Shown here one piece after another: positions 41,086 through 53,200 of a stretch of DNA of 64,000 bases. Below the pieces are notes generated by a model, which saw only the letters and a list, made by a program, of their open reading frames with translations, did not search any database and had not been told where the DNA came from. Each line of letters opens with the position of its first letter. Positions within the stretch are counted from its first letter, which is position 1. Location of the stretch: contig CM060732.1 of the NCBI GenBank assembly GCA_030704615.1, forward strand, positions 47,492,001-47,556,000. Reading direction: 5' to 3'. The DNA is from Takakia lepidozioides (taxonomy: Eukaryota > Plantae > Bryophyta). A program made the translations under genes and the position numbers.

Positions 41086-44000
41086 ACGTTGAAAGACGTG
41101 TTGAAGGCGGCTAATGCCACTTCCACTAAGGCAAAGTTTAAAGTGAAGCCTAAGGAACCCGGCACCTTCGAGGGCATCCGAAATTGGAAGGCACTCAACA
41201 CCTGGCTCCTGGAGCTAGAGTAGTACTTCCGGGCGGCCAAGTTGAGTGACGAGGATCGGGTGGAAGTGGCTCCCACCTATTTGAGGGGCTATGCTCAACA
41301 ATGGTGGCAGAAATGCCTTCACGACCGAGGCCCAAGCCCGGAAACCTTGAACTGGAGTGGGTTCAAGGAATTGATGAAGAGACAGTTTGTGCCCCTCAAC
41401 GCGTCCTGGCTTGCCCGGGACAAGATGAGGAATTTGAAGCAAACAGATGACATTCGGGGGTATGTCCAGGCTTTCAATGTGCTGTCGCTCGAAGTCGCGG
41501 ACATGGCAGAACCAGAAATGGTCTTCAACTTTGTGGGCGGGACTGGCCCCATGGGCCAGGCGGAAGTTGGAGGAGAAGCCACCCAAGACTTTTGAACGAG
41601 GCAATTGAGAGGGCTGAATGTTTCTCGGATGTCCCTAGGGGTGAGAGACAAGGCCGTACGGAGCTGAACCACAAGAAGACCCGGCGGAAGGTGACTCTTC
41701 CGACCGGAAAAGAAGTGGGATAGGCCACGCGGCAACAATGGCACGTGGAAATCAAAGGGAGGCCTTTACACGTCAAGGCGGCACCGGTGCTTCGAAAGGA
41801 AAGCGGGTGGAGCGGCTTTTGGCGGACAGAAGGCAACCTTTGATGGAGTGTGTTTCAATTGCGGGGAGCCCGGCAACATGGCCAAGAAGTGCACAAAACC
41901 TCGACATTGAACATGACTCGGGCAACCCACGGAGCTGTCGGAAGATACCATCAGTCGCTTGTGGAAGCGGTGGTCGCCAGGACTTGCAGGTAGGCAACTA
42001 TTCTTGTGAGTTGTATCAGGAAACTGGCGCCCTGCGTAAAGGAGTCATTATTATTCGTGGATGGGATAATATCCGGAACTAACGTGTCGTTGTTGGTGGA
42101 CACAGGAGCGTCGCACTCCTTCATGACGCCGGCGGCGGCGCGAAAGTTGGGACTCCCGACAAGTGACGTGGGGGCCTCTATTGAGGGCGCTCTGCCAAAG
42201 GAGAACCTCAGTTGGCGACAAGGTTGGCGTTTGATGTTTCTCTTCAACTGGGGAGTTGGGAGGGACGTGAGAACTTCACCATCTGCGAGATCGATGGAGT
42301 AGATCTCATTTTGGGGATGACCCTTTTGAGCAAATCCGGAGCGGTCATAGATGGCTGCAAGAGGAGCAGTCACGCTGCCATGTGGGAATGGTGGCGAGGT
42401 TTATGAGTGTCGAAACGCCCAAATCCGTGGGGGAGGCGAATAAACCTTCTGTCAGCAAAGGAGTGGGCGTGGAGGAGGCACACGAGCCCCAATTTTTGCT
42501 TTACATTAGAGAAGTGAAGGAGAAGGCAATGGGGAGCCGAGCCCAGATTAGATCAAGGGGATTTTGGAGAAATACCAGGATGTGATGCGGAGGATTTACC
42601 AAGCGGCTTGCCACCGCAAAGAGGAGTTGACCACAAGATTGAGGTGATACCGGGATCGGAACCGCCTGCCAAGGCGCCCTACCGGTTGAGCCAGAGAGAG
42701 TTGGTCGAGCTGAAGACTCAGCTCAAGGATCTAATGTCAAAGGGGTACATCCGGCCGAGTAAGTCACCTTACGGAGCCCCGGTGCTATTGCAGACAGAAG
42801 GATGGGACGCTGCGGATGTGTGTCGATTACAGGGCTCTGAATAAGGTGATTATCAAAAACGGTACCATTTGCCAAGGATCGACGACCTCTTCGATCGGTT
42901 GGCAGAAGCGAAGTATTTCAGCCGGATCGACTTGCGCTCCGGCTATCACCAAAATTCGGGTGGCGGAAGGAGATGAGGAGAAGACCGCGTGCAGGACAAG
43001 GTATGTTCATATGAGTTCTTGGTGATGCCTTTTTGGGCTCACCAATGCACCAGCGACATTTAGCACCGCTGATGAACACCTTTTCAGGAGTGGTTGGATG
43101 ACTTTGTGATCGTGTACATCGACGACATCTTGGTGTACTCGAAAACAAAGGAGGAGCACCTGGAGCACCTGAAAAAGGGTGTTCCAAAATTGCAGGAAGG
43201 GAAGCTGTATGCCAAAGCTTCAAAGTGCGAATTCGGGGTCACACAAGTGGAGTTCTGGGGCATGTGATTACACAGGATGGGGTCAAAATGGATGACAGAA
43301 AAGGTGAGGGCGATCTTGGACTGGGAGCCTCCGACTTCGGTCCCGGGAGTGCGATCCTTCCTAGGACTCGCCTCCTATTACCGGAAGTATGTGAGAAATT
43401 TCGCCAAGATTGCGGGGCCGCTGTCAGACCTTCTGTATAAATCTAAAGTCTGGGCATGGAACACCTTTTGTGGCCAAGCTGTTGCTGAATTGAAGCAGCG
43501 GATGGCGGAAGCTCCAGTCTTGAAAATCCCGGAGTTCGATCGTCCGTTCAAGATACACACAGATGCGTCGGACTTCGCGATTGCGGGTGTACTGATGCAA
43601 GATGGACGCCCAGTGGCTTACGAAAGTAAAAACTGAATGAAGTGGAGCGACGGTGGCCGACGCACGAGAAAAGAGATGAAGGCGGTGGTGCACTGTCTTG
43701 AGCTTTGGGCCACTATGTTGGTTCCAACCCAGTGAAGGTGTTCACGGACAATGTCACGGTGAAGTATTTTGCCACGCAGCCCAAGTTGTCCCCAAAACAA
43801 CTTAGGTGGCAAGATACTTTGGCGGTGTTCGACGTGGATATCCAGTACAAACCGGGACGAGACAACGTGGTGGCCGATGCTTCAAGTAGAAAGCAGCAGC
43901 TCTTGTTGGTGTACAAGGGCAAGACGGCGCTCCAAAGGAAGATCCGGAAGGCTTGCGGAAGGATGAGCTGGCGAAGTCCATGATGCAGGACTTGAGGATG

Positions 44001-45806
44001 GGGGTTAAATCGCAGTTCCACTTGCAAAATGGACTGCTCCGGTATAAGCAAAAGCATCTCTACGTGCCGAAGGGAGGGATCAGAGATAGCCTCTTGAGAG
44101 AATGCCATAATAGCCCGCCGGGGCCACGGCGGAGCCAAGCGCACTGCGGCACTCTTGAAGAAAGAGTATTTCTGGCCCAAACTGAGGGAGGAGGCAGAGG
44201 AGTATGTCAAGACATGCACCACATGCCAACAAAACCGGAGCGAGTACAAAAAGCAAGCGGGGCTGTTACAACCCTTGCCGATTCCAGAGGGGACTTGGGA
44301 AAGCGTCTCGATGGATTTCATGACTGCTATGCCGCTGTCAAAAGGATTCGATGCAATCATGGTGGTGGGGGATAGGTTCAGTAAAATGGGCCATTTCATC
44401 CCCACCAAGGAGACGGCAACGGCACAGGAGACAGTGCGACTTTACTTCGCCCACGTCTTAAAGCATCATGGAGTCCCGAAGGATATTGTCTCGGACGCGA
44501 TCCAAAGTTTATGAGTAAATTTTGGAGGCACTTTGGAAGAAGATGGGGACAAGGCTGAAGATGAGCACCGCCTTCCAACCTACGACTGCCGGCAAACAGC
44601 AAGGTGCACCCAGTATTCCATGTCTCCCTTTTGAAGCCTTACTTCAAAGATAAAGCGCGTCCGAATCGGCATCAAGTGTTGCGTCCGCCACCTATGCTGT
44701 TGGATCATGAAAATGAACCTGAGTACGAGGTGGAGGCAATACTTAAGTCGAGGAGGTTCAAGAACCGAGAAACGGAGTATCTCGTCAAATGGAAGGGCTA
44801 TCATCATGTGGAGGCATCTTGGGTGCGTGCCTCAGAAATGGGAAACGCATCCGAGGCGGTTGCAGCTTTCGAAGGGCGACCTCAAAAGCGGAAGAAACGT
44901 TGATGGGGACATCAACCTTGGAGCGTGGGGGAGGAAATGCATGCTTAGCCCGGCTTAGCTAGCTTAGGAATCCGATTACAAAAACTTGTATTGTACAAAA
45001 TTTGTTATAAAGGAAATGGGTTCCAAATGTTGGGCGTCCTATTTTGTTTGGAATGGTGATGCATGGTATGGTTGGCTAGTGTGTAGAATGCATGCTAGCT
45101 TATAAAAGTGGGAAAGGTAAATTGGGTTAATCGTGTGTTTGCGTAGTGCCGAAATCGGGTGACCCCCATCCAAGGGGCAAGGAAACTTGCGACTTCTTTG
45201 GGAGTTCACGTGCTAGTGCGCACCTGGCGCGTGCGCATACTATAACTGCGCTACCGAGGGGGTTGCATTGTAGTGCGGGCTAACGCGGAAGCTACATGCT
45301 TCCGTTCACGTACTATAATCGTGTAGCCTCGGGACAAAGTCGTAGTGCGGCTTCGGCGTGTTCCCGTACCTCAGGCCAGCATTCCAAGCGGACCCAATTG
45401 TAGTGATTGGGGCGCACGGTTGGTTCAAGGTTATCTTCCTAGTCAAAGAGGGTTTCCAGGGAACCCTTGCTCAAGGTGATGCCAAAAGCGGCATCATGAG
45501 CGATCGCAAGCAATGTTGTTGTAGTAAGGCGATTCGATCCTCGGGGAGGATCGTTCCTTGGCCTTGAAGTAGGCCAAGAAGAGTGCACTGGGAGGAGCTG
45601 GAGAGGCTCCACCCTTGGGCGGGACTTGGAGGAAGTTGGCCGAACTAGCTAGTGGAGAGTAGAGTCAAGTGTGGGTTTTGGTTCTTTGCCATGGGACGCC
45701 ATGGTACGGAAACAAACTCCTTGATGTGGGACGCCACAACTTGGATGTTCGTTTTACAAAATGGACAAGTCGATGAGGACATCGACTCCCTGTTGGTAGG
45801 GGTGTG

Positions 45807-46531
45807 TGTCGCGGCCCTTTGCCTTGAGGGCGGGGGGTCGGGACACATGAGGGCTGCCCCTGGTGGGGGCAGCGGCAGCGATAGTATGGGGGGGCTGAAG
45901 CACCTTTGAGTGCCCAAGGCACTCAAGGAGGCGGAGGCGCTCACTAGGTGGAGCCCCGCACACCGGGTTGCGGTGGGGGTGGCTCCACAAGGGGTGGTGG
46001 TAGCTTAGCGGGACTTAGTAGGGGTGGCATAGGACTCACCATGGGGGCGGAGACCTCATGGTGGGAGTCGTGGGGAGTCTTGGGACTCATCACGGTCAAG
46101 AGGGGCCGTGGTGAGTGGGCCAAGACTCACCGCGACTCATCACCGGGAGTCGAGGGTTTTCGTGGTGGTTCGCCATAAAATGGCATGGCTGGTTGTGAAA
46201 CCCCGCGGACAGCTACAGAAGTATATATAAGGAGAGTAGTGACCCCGAGAACGGTGCAAGCCCGTTGGTGACCAAAAACTAGTGAGTAAGCGAGCGAGCC
46301 GGAAAGCGACCAAAGAGTGGGGAGCTGTTCCGGACTGCCATCTACCAAAGGGAATTCTCCTAGGCCCAAATAGGTGGAGGGTTTAGTGGGAAGCGAAGGG
46401 GGGACCGTTATGTCTCGGTGAGCAGCCGAAGCTCCAAGTTGGCCCGGGCGGCCAGGTTGGGAGTCAGGCGCGCGCATCGGAGCGAGTAACTATGACTTGA
46501 AGGGGAGCTTACCGAAGTGAGGTGCGCGACA
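45807..46531 (+). repeat. 3' LTR of copy A (~725 bp)
   Basis: TGTCGCG...CGCGACA, preceded by purine-rich TGGTAGGGGTGTG. Confidence 0.9.
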
Positions 46532-48364
46532 GCTGCCCTTGCTGTATGCAAAAGCCTGACGAGGTTTTCTGGGAAATGCGGCACCGCATTCGCATTTTAT
46601 GTTTTCGTTGGCACTCTGCGAGTAGGTTCGTCCAAACTTTTGCTCACGCTGACTGCCTTGCAGGTATATGAAATACGTGCTTCTTCAGACAGGGGGGTTC
46701 AAGAGCCCCCGTTCTTCATGGCTTGGACCGTGGCGGGCCCAAGCTGTGTCTACCACCCGAGATGCAGAAACAATGGCATGCCGCGCATCTCATGGATGCC
46801 CTGGTACCTGGATATGTCTGGCGGTATGTTGACGAGTTGAGAAAGATCTGCACGCCTTGGCAGAAGAGAAGAGAAAGGAAAGACGTGTCCCTGCTGGGCC
46901 AAAGTCGGCAAGGAATGCTGCCCTCTGGAAGAATCCAGAAGGCAGCTGAGATGGCACAAAAGACGGTGGATGCAGCTGTGCAGGCTCAACAAAAGGGGTC
47001 GAAGAAGAGGACTCGCCAGCAAGGAGCAGCTGTTGTGACACCCAAGAAAACGAAGAAGCAGAAACAGATAGAGCAGGAAGAGGGTGACGAAGAGGACTCC
47101 GATGAGACTTTGCAACCAGCCCACCCCGAAACGCAGCTTGCTCCCATGTGCCCACCGTTGTCACGAGAGGCACGAGAATTGGCTCGGCAAGAAGGCACTC
47201 TTCAACCCCCCAGGGGGGCACCCTTTCGAGCCAGTGGAAATGAAGAGGCCGAAAGAAAGTGGCTCCCGAACAGTAGTCCAGTGTGTAATGAGAGTTTCTT
47301 GGCGGCGTTGGATGGACGGGCAGCCAAGTTGGCATACATGAAGACCATGGAGGGTCTGAAGGGCAGAGCACTGAAGAAGGCGACTGCCGAAGAGCCTTCA
47401 GACACCCCTGGGTTTCAGAATATGGTCTCGTTCTTTGAGAGGGTGTGTGCAGACAAGGATTGTAGGAGGGGCGGAAATGCCACCAAGTGGTCTTGCGATA
47501 TGATCATCTTGGATATTCCGGACGGAGAGCCTGTGGAAGGACTGCAAGCTTTTCCATCTTGGAACAGGTACTCGGAGGACTTTTGGAAGAAAAGGATTCG
47601 GGCTCGCCCGCATGGTGTGGACGACAGAGCGTGTGGTTTGTCTTGGCGAGCAGAGGAAAAAACACGTAGACAGGAATTCGAAGTGGACCCGCAAGAGCGC
47701 CGTCCCAATTCTGAAAAAGAAGTGGACGTGCATCAACACACTGGGCCTTCAGTCGGAAGGGAAGAAGGTAATTACGACATTGGCACTCGTCCATTCATTT
47801 TCTTGGGTGTTTTCAAATGCGGTGCCGCATTCGGTTTCTAATCGTTCCCCCCTGTGTATGCAGACGAAGCAGTTCGATGCATACTGCTTTGTGAAGGAGA
47901 ACTCCACCTTTGCTTTCCCTTATTACATTGCCAAGCATTAGATGGGGCCCTGGAGTGAATGCGAGGGAGCCGGTTTAGCCAGCGTGGACCCCCCGCCACC
48001 CCCTGTCCACCCCGCCTTCATCGCCCGCACACGCGCGACACGCCCTCCCGCGCCTCATGTGCCCGCTGCGGGACATGACGCGTGCCCTGGCCATGCCCTC
48101 TCTCGCATCCCATCCCGCCTCCCATCCTGCCCTCGTGCCTGTCATCGTCTTGCATCCAACATAGTACATGCTATCCCAAGCATACAACATGGCAAATCTG
48201 AGCAAAGGACTTGACGTTCATATGTATGCCACGTCGTCACATACATGGCCACCCCAATCGAGGGTTTTGCTACCCTCATCGTGCATTTCCTCGTACAATA
48301 GTTGTCTCCATGCTTTCCAAACGCGTCCCTACACAACGAGGGCGTTCACATTCCATGGAACGCG

Positions 48365-50218
48365 ATGGAATGGTATCATGGAATGCGATGATCACAAAAT
48401 ATGCACAACACGGTCTGGGATGGAGGCTTTGGAGACCTATGAGCAAATATCAATACCAACCATATCACGTTTGTTTGCATTTGCAATGCGTGTGTGAGCC
48501 TTGCAGCCTTGGAAAAGGGCAAAGAGGTCCATGGTGATATCGTCAAAGCTGGAATAGTACCAGACGTCATTCCGAACACTGCCCTAGTGGACATGTATGC
48601 CAAATGTGAGAGCATTGAAGATGCATTGAGCAGATGATGTGGGAAAGGGTGAAGCCCGACCGCATCACGTTTGTTTGTGTTTGCAAGGCATGTGCAAGCT
48701 TGGCAGCTCTCGAAAGGGCAAAGAGGTCCACGGTGACATCATGAAAGCTGGAAGTGTACCAGAGGTTATTCTGCACAGTATCCTTGTGGACGTGTATGCC
48801 AAATGTGGGAGCATTGAAGATTCAAAGGGAGTGTTTGACACTACGACTGAACATGATGTGGTGTCGTGGAACGCAATGATTGCAAGATATGCACAGCAAG
48901 GCGCGGGACTGAGGCTTTGCAGACATATGAGCAAATGATGCAAGAGGTGAAGCCCAACCACATCACCTTTTTTTGTGTTTGCAATGCATGTGCAAGGGTG
49001 GCAGCCCTGGAAAAGGGCAAAGAGGTCCATGGTGACATCGTCAGAGCTGGTATTGTACCAAATGTCACTCTAAATAATGCCCTCGTGGACATGTATGCCA
49101 AATGTGGGAGCATGGAGGATGCAAATGGAGTGGTCAACAATATGGCCGATCGAGATGTGGCGTCCTGGAATGCTATGACTGCAGGATATGCCCAGCATGG
49201 TTGTCATAGGGAAGCCCTACAACTATATTATGAAGGAATGCAAACGGAAAGCTTGAAGCTGGACATTATCACCTTTATATGTCTTCTCTCTGCATGCAGC
49301 CACACTGGCCTACTGGATGATGAAAGACGCAACTTTGATTCCTTGAGTCAACATCATGATGTCTCTCCAACAGTAAAGCACTTTGGCTGCATGGTGGACC
49401 TTTTTGGACATGTGGGAATCACCAAAAGTCAAATGTAACCTCTTAAAACAAGCACTCATAATATCCTACATATGTATGCATAAGGGAAACTAGATTACCC
49501 TCAAACAATTTGTTTCAGGCGGTTGTACTTACGAACTCACACATATTTGAAAGCACCAAGATGTCCAACCAGAGGCATCACCCCCTTCTCTAGCCCATGG
49601 ATGTTCTACACAGGCAATTGGATGGGGCAGAGGAGCTATTAACAAAATGCCAATGAAACCAAATGCTATGGTTTGGAGGGCCTTGCTTAGTGCCTGCAGA
49701 ATCCATGGCAATGTGGAGATGGCTGAACATGCAGCAACATCTATTCTCAAGTGGGATGAACAGGATGCTGCCACTTATGTGTTGCTATCAAACATCTATG
49801 CTACAGCTGGCAGGTGGGACGATAGTGCAAATGCACGAAAAATGATGAAGGTCAGAGGGGCTAGAAAGGAGCCAGGTCACTGCTGCATTGAGGTTGGCAA
49901 CAGGGTGCACACATTTGTTGTAGACAAAGGAGGCATGGTATGTGCCTGACACACGCTTTGTATTGCATGATGTGGGGGAGGAGCAAAAGGGTTTTTTCTC
50001 TTTGCCACCACAGTGAGAAGCTGGCCATTGGTTTTGGGCTGATCAGCACGGGCCCTAGGAGTACACTCCGGCCCATCAAGAATCTTCGGGTGTGTGGTGA
50101 CTGCGACACCTCCACCAAGTTCATTTCAAAAATTGTTGGCCACGCAATTGTTGTACGGGATCCTAACCGCTTTCACCATTTTGAAGATGGGGTTTGTTCT
50201 TGCGGGGATTACTGGTGA
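48365..50218 (+). pseudogene. PLS-class PPR-DYW (C-to-U RNA-editing factor type) pseudogene
   Basis: Repeated LVDMYAKCGS / VSWNAMI motifs, E domain (VWRALLSACRIHGN), PG box, HSEKLAI...CGDC...CSCGDYW*. Many frameshifts, a ~200-bp foreign insert at ~49.42-49.62 kb, and no 5' end. Confidence 0.9.
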
Positions 50219-53200
50219 AACAGTTTTTTCTAGAAAATTGTGGTGACTGCCACACCTCCACCAAGTTCATCTCAAAGATTGTTGGCCGCGCAATTGTTGT
50301 ACATGATGCTAACCGCTTTCACAACTTTGAAGATGGGGTTTTTGTTCTGCGGGATTACTGGTGAAACAATTTTTTCTGGGAAGATGCAAGTGTCTTGCTT
50401 TTCATTATCTGTGTAGCTACTCAGTTCATCCACCATTTCTGGAGAAGATTGACCATGATGTATTGGTTGAGGGCATTTCCTGCTGCATATCCACAGGAAA
50501 TGGTAGTGGGGTAGGTGAAGTCAGCCCATACTTACACTTGACTGGAGCAGGTAATGAGTAAATGGGGGATTTCGAATGACTCTGGTGGAAGGAAATCAGC
50601 GTGTTGTGCTAGTTTTGGTGTGGGTGGTGGACCTTCTCCAAAGCTTGAAGATGAAAGTGAATACAATTCGTAATGAGCTTGATTAGAGGGACAGCCCTAT
50701 GCACAAGTTTGTTCAGCATCTTAAATTTGGACATGTTTGGTGTTGCGTTAGATAGAGCTCTTGATTAACTTGCATGAATGTTGTCGAAAGCTAGCCTTAA
50801 TTCACCAAGATCCAATTCCATGGTGGCCTGAAACTTCACATAGTGATTATAAAGTACTTGAGATGCTGATCTCAAACAAGTGGCAAGATCTCCTAAATAT
50901 CCAATAGCCCAATCACGAAAAGCAAACCTATTTTTCTAAATCTCTTGCTTCCAGTAACTGTCCAATATCTCAAATTTGGACCCAAAAACTTATGGGTGAA
51001 TCTCTTGATCCATCATGTTGGTTCAATTAATATAAATATAATTACACTAAAATAATGGATATGACTAATGAGAGGGAGATGTCGATTGCTCCTCCTTTGG
51101 CTGTGACGACATTGTCACAACAAGACTCCACTTTGCCTTGTGATGTGGTGTGACACTCAACTCTTGTGCTAAGGGTGGGATGTGTTACACCTAGGATCAC
51201 CCTGGTTATGCACAGGCAATGCACAACTACCCAACCAAGCATGACTACAGATCATATAACAAATACCTTTCCCAGGTAGAGTGAAGATCATTCCCACAAA
51301 AGAGACTCTGCCTGGCTTCCTGTTGGTAAGGAAAATGTTTGCAGTATATATATTTTTTCTTGTATGAGATACAATTATGCGATCCAATGAGAGCCACGTG
51401 TCATATCTGGGGTCAAATTGGGAGCTCCAGTAGCAATGCAGGCATACACATTCTGTTTGCTAGCATGATCTGATGCCTGTAATCAGATTGCTTTTGATAA
51501 TGTGGGTGCAAAGCGCAATCTCGGGCACCTCCTGGTTGGTAGACTCCACAATCAGCTCTTGTTGCATTGTTATGCCAGGGGGAGGAAATGCCTTTAAAAG
51601 TATGTCATAGTCGACATTCCCAGGGCATTGGCGAATGAACCAAGGAGCTGGATGCTTTTAATGAATGAAGCAAACCACTCACAACATCAATTCACTATAC
51701 CCACAGAGAACAAACCCATATTCAAAGTGGTGAAAGCGGCTGGTATCCTGTTCAACAATTGCTCGCCGAACAATCTTTGAGGTGAACTTGGTGGTTGTGG
51801 CAGTCACCACATATTCAAAGGTTCTTGATGAATCAAAGAGGTGTCCCTGGCGCCGTACTCATCCGCCCAAAAGCAATGGCCACCTTGCTGTGGTGGCAAA
51901 GAGAAATTTCTTTTGCTCCTACATATCATGCAATACAACGTGCCTCAGGCACATACGGCCTCCTTCATGTGCCCAGACAATCTTATCAGCTTAGCATGCA
52001 TTTCCTAATCTGTGGATACAATTGTCATCTACCACCAAATATGTGGACCCGTTTACCAAAGTCAATGGAGCAGCGACTTGGCTGCTTTCTGATACCTCTG
52101 AATTGCATCATTTTCCTCACATTTGCAGTATTGTCCCACCTGCCAGCTGCAGCATATATAAGTGATAGCAATTCATAAGTTGTGGTGTCCTTGTTGATCC
52201 CACTTGAGAATAGATTTTGCCACAGATTGGGCCATCTCCACATTCCCATAAATTTTGCAGGCACCAAGCAAAGCCTTCCACACCGCAACATCTGGTTGGA
52301 CCGACATTTTGTTGATGATGTCCTCAGCCTCATCCAATCGTCCTGCACGGCCAAGGAGGTCCACCATGCAGCCAAAGTGCTCCATTGTAGGAGTCAAGCC
52401 ATGATCTCGATGCAGGGAATCAAAGTAGTGTCTGCCTTCATCCACTAGACCCCCATGACTACATGCTTGGAAAATACATATAAAAGTGATACCGTTCGGC
52501 GTCAAGCCTTCCTTTTGCATTCCTTCAAATAGTTGCATAGCTTTCTTATGAGAGAGAGAAGACTCCGGCCAGAGCTGGCGTAACTAAGAGCCATTTCACC
52601 TTTCGGCTACTGCCCCCTGTCGGAGGTGGGCCCTATGATAAAAAAAGAGCGCCTTGGAATGCTGGCCTGAGGAATGCTGGCCTGAGGTACGGGAACACGC
52701 CGAAGCCGCACTACGACTTCGTCCCGAGGCTACACGATTATAGTACGTGAACGGAAGCACGTAGCTTCTGCGTTAGCCCGCACTACAAGGCAACCCCCTC
52801 GGTAGCGCAGTTATAGTACGCGCACGCGCCAGGTGCGCACTAGCACGTGAACTCCCAAAGAAGTCGCAAGTTTCCTTGCCCCTTGGATGCGGGTCACCCG
52901 ATTTCGGCACTACGCAAACACACGGTTAACCCAATTTACCTCTCCCACTTTTATAAGCTAGCATGCATTCTACACACTAGCCAACCATACCATGCATCAC
53001 CATTCCAAACAAAATAGGACGCACAACATTTGGAACCCATTTCCTTTATAACAAATTTTTGTACAATACAAGTTTTTGTAATCGGATTCCTAAGCTAGCT
53101 AAGCCGGGCTAGGCATGCATTTCCTCCCCCACGCTCCAAGGTTGATGTCCCCATCAACGTTTCTTCGGCTTTTGAGGTCGCCCCTTCGAAAACTGCAACC

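Larger units (their letters stand above)
40554..46531 (+). mobile_element. Ty3/gypsy chromovirus LTR retrotransposon copy A (internally deleted)
   Basis: Ends TGTCGCG...CGCGACA; 5-bp TSD GCTGC (40549-40553, 46532-46536); gag, CCHC knuckle, protease LVDTGASHSF, RT YIDD, RNase H HTDASD, integrase, chromodomain YEVEAIL...YLVKWKGY...SW; PPT before the 3' LTR; many frameshifts. Confidence 0.95.
38647..47945 (+). pseudogene. Multi-exon ParB/Srx-like plus DNA N4/N6-methyltransferase-like gene, interrupted by an LTR retrotransposon
   Basis: RIPLCRM...FFVWDGNHRLLAW (DGNHR at 39202-39216); further exons bounded by AG/GT (~39466-39652, ~39753-40037); after the insertion a charged linker and CDMIILDIPDG...PSWN (47497-47560); several in-frame TAG/TAA stops. 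Confidence 0.5.

Noticed and set aside
49949-50218. U-to-C type (DYW:KP/GRP) editing domain
   Set aside because: The signature is the canonical HSEKLA...CSCGDYW with a PG box, i.e. the ordinary C-to-U type.
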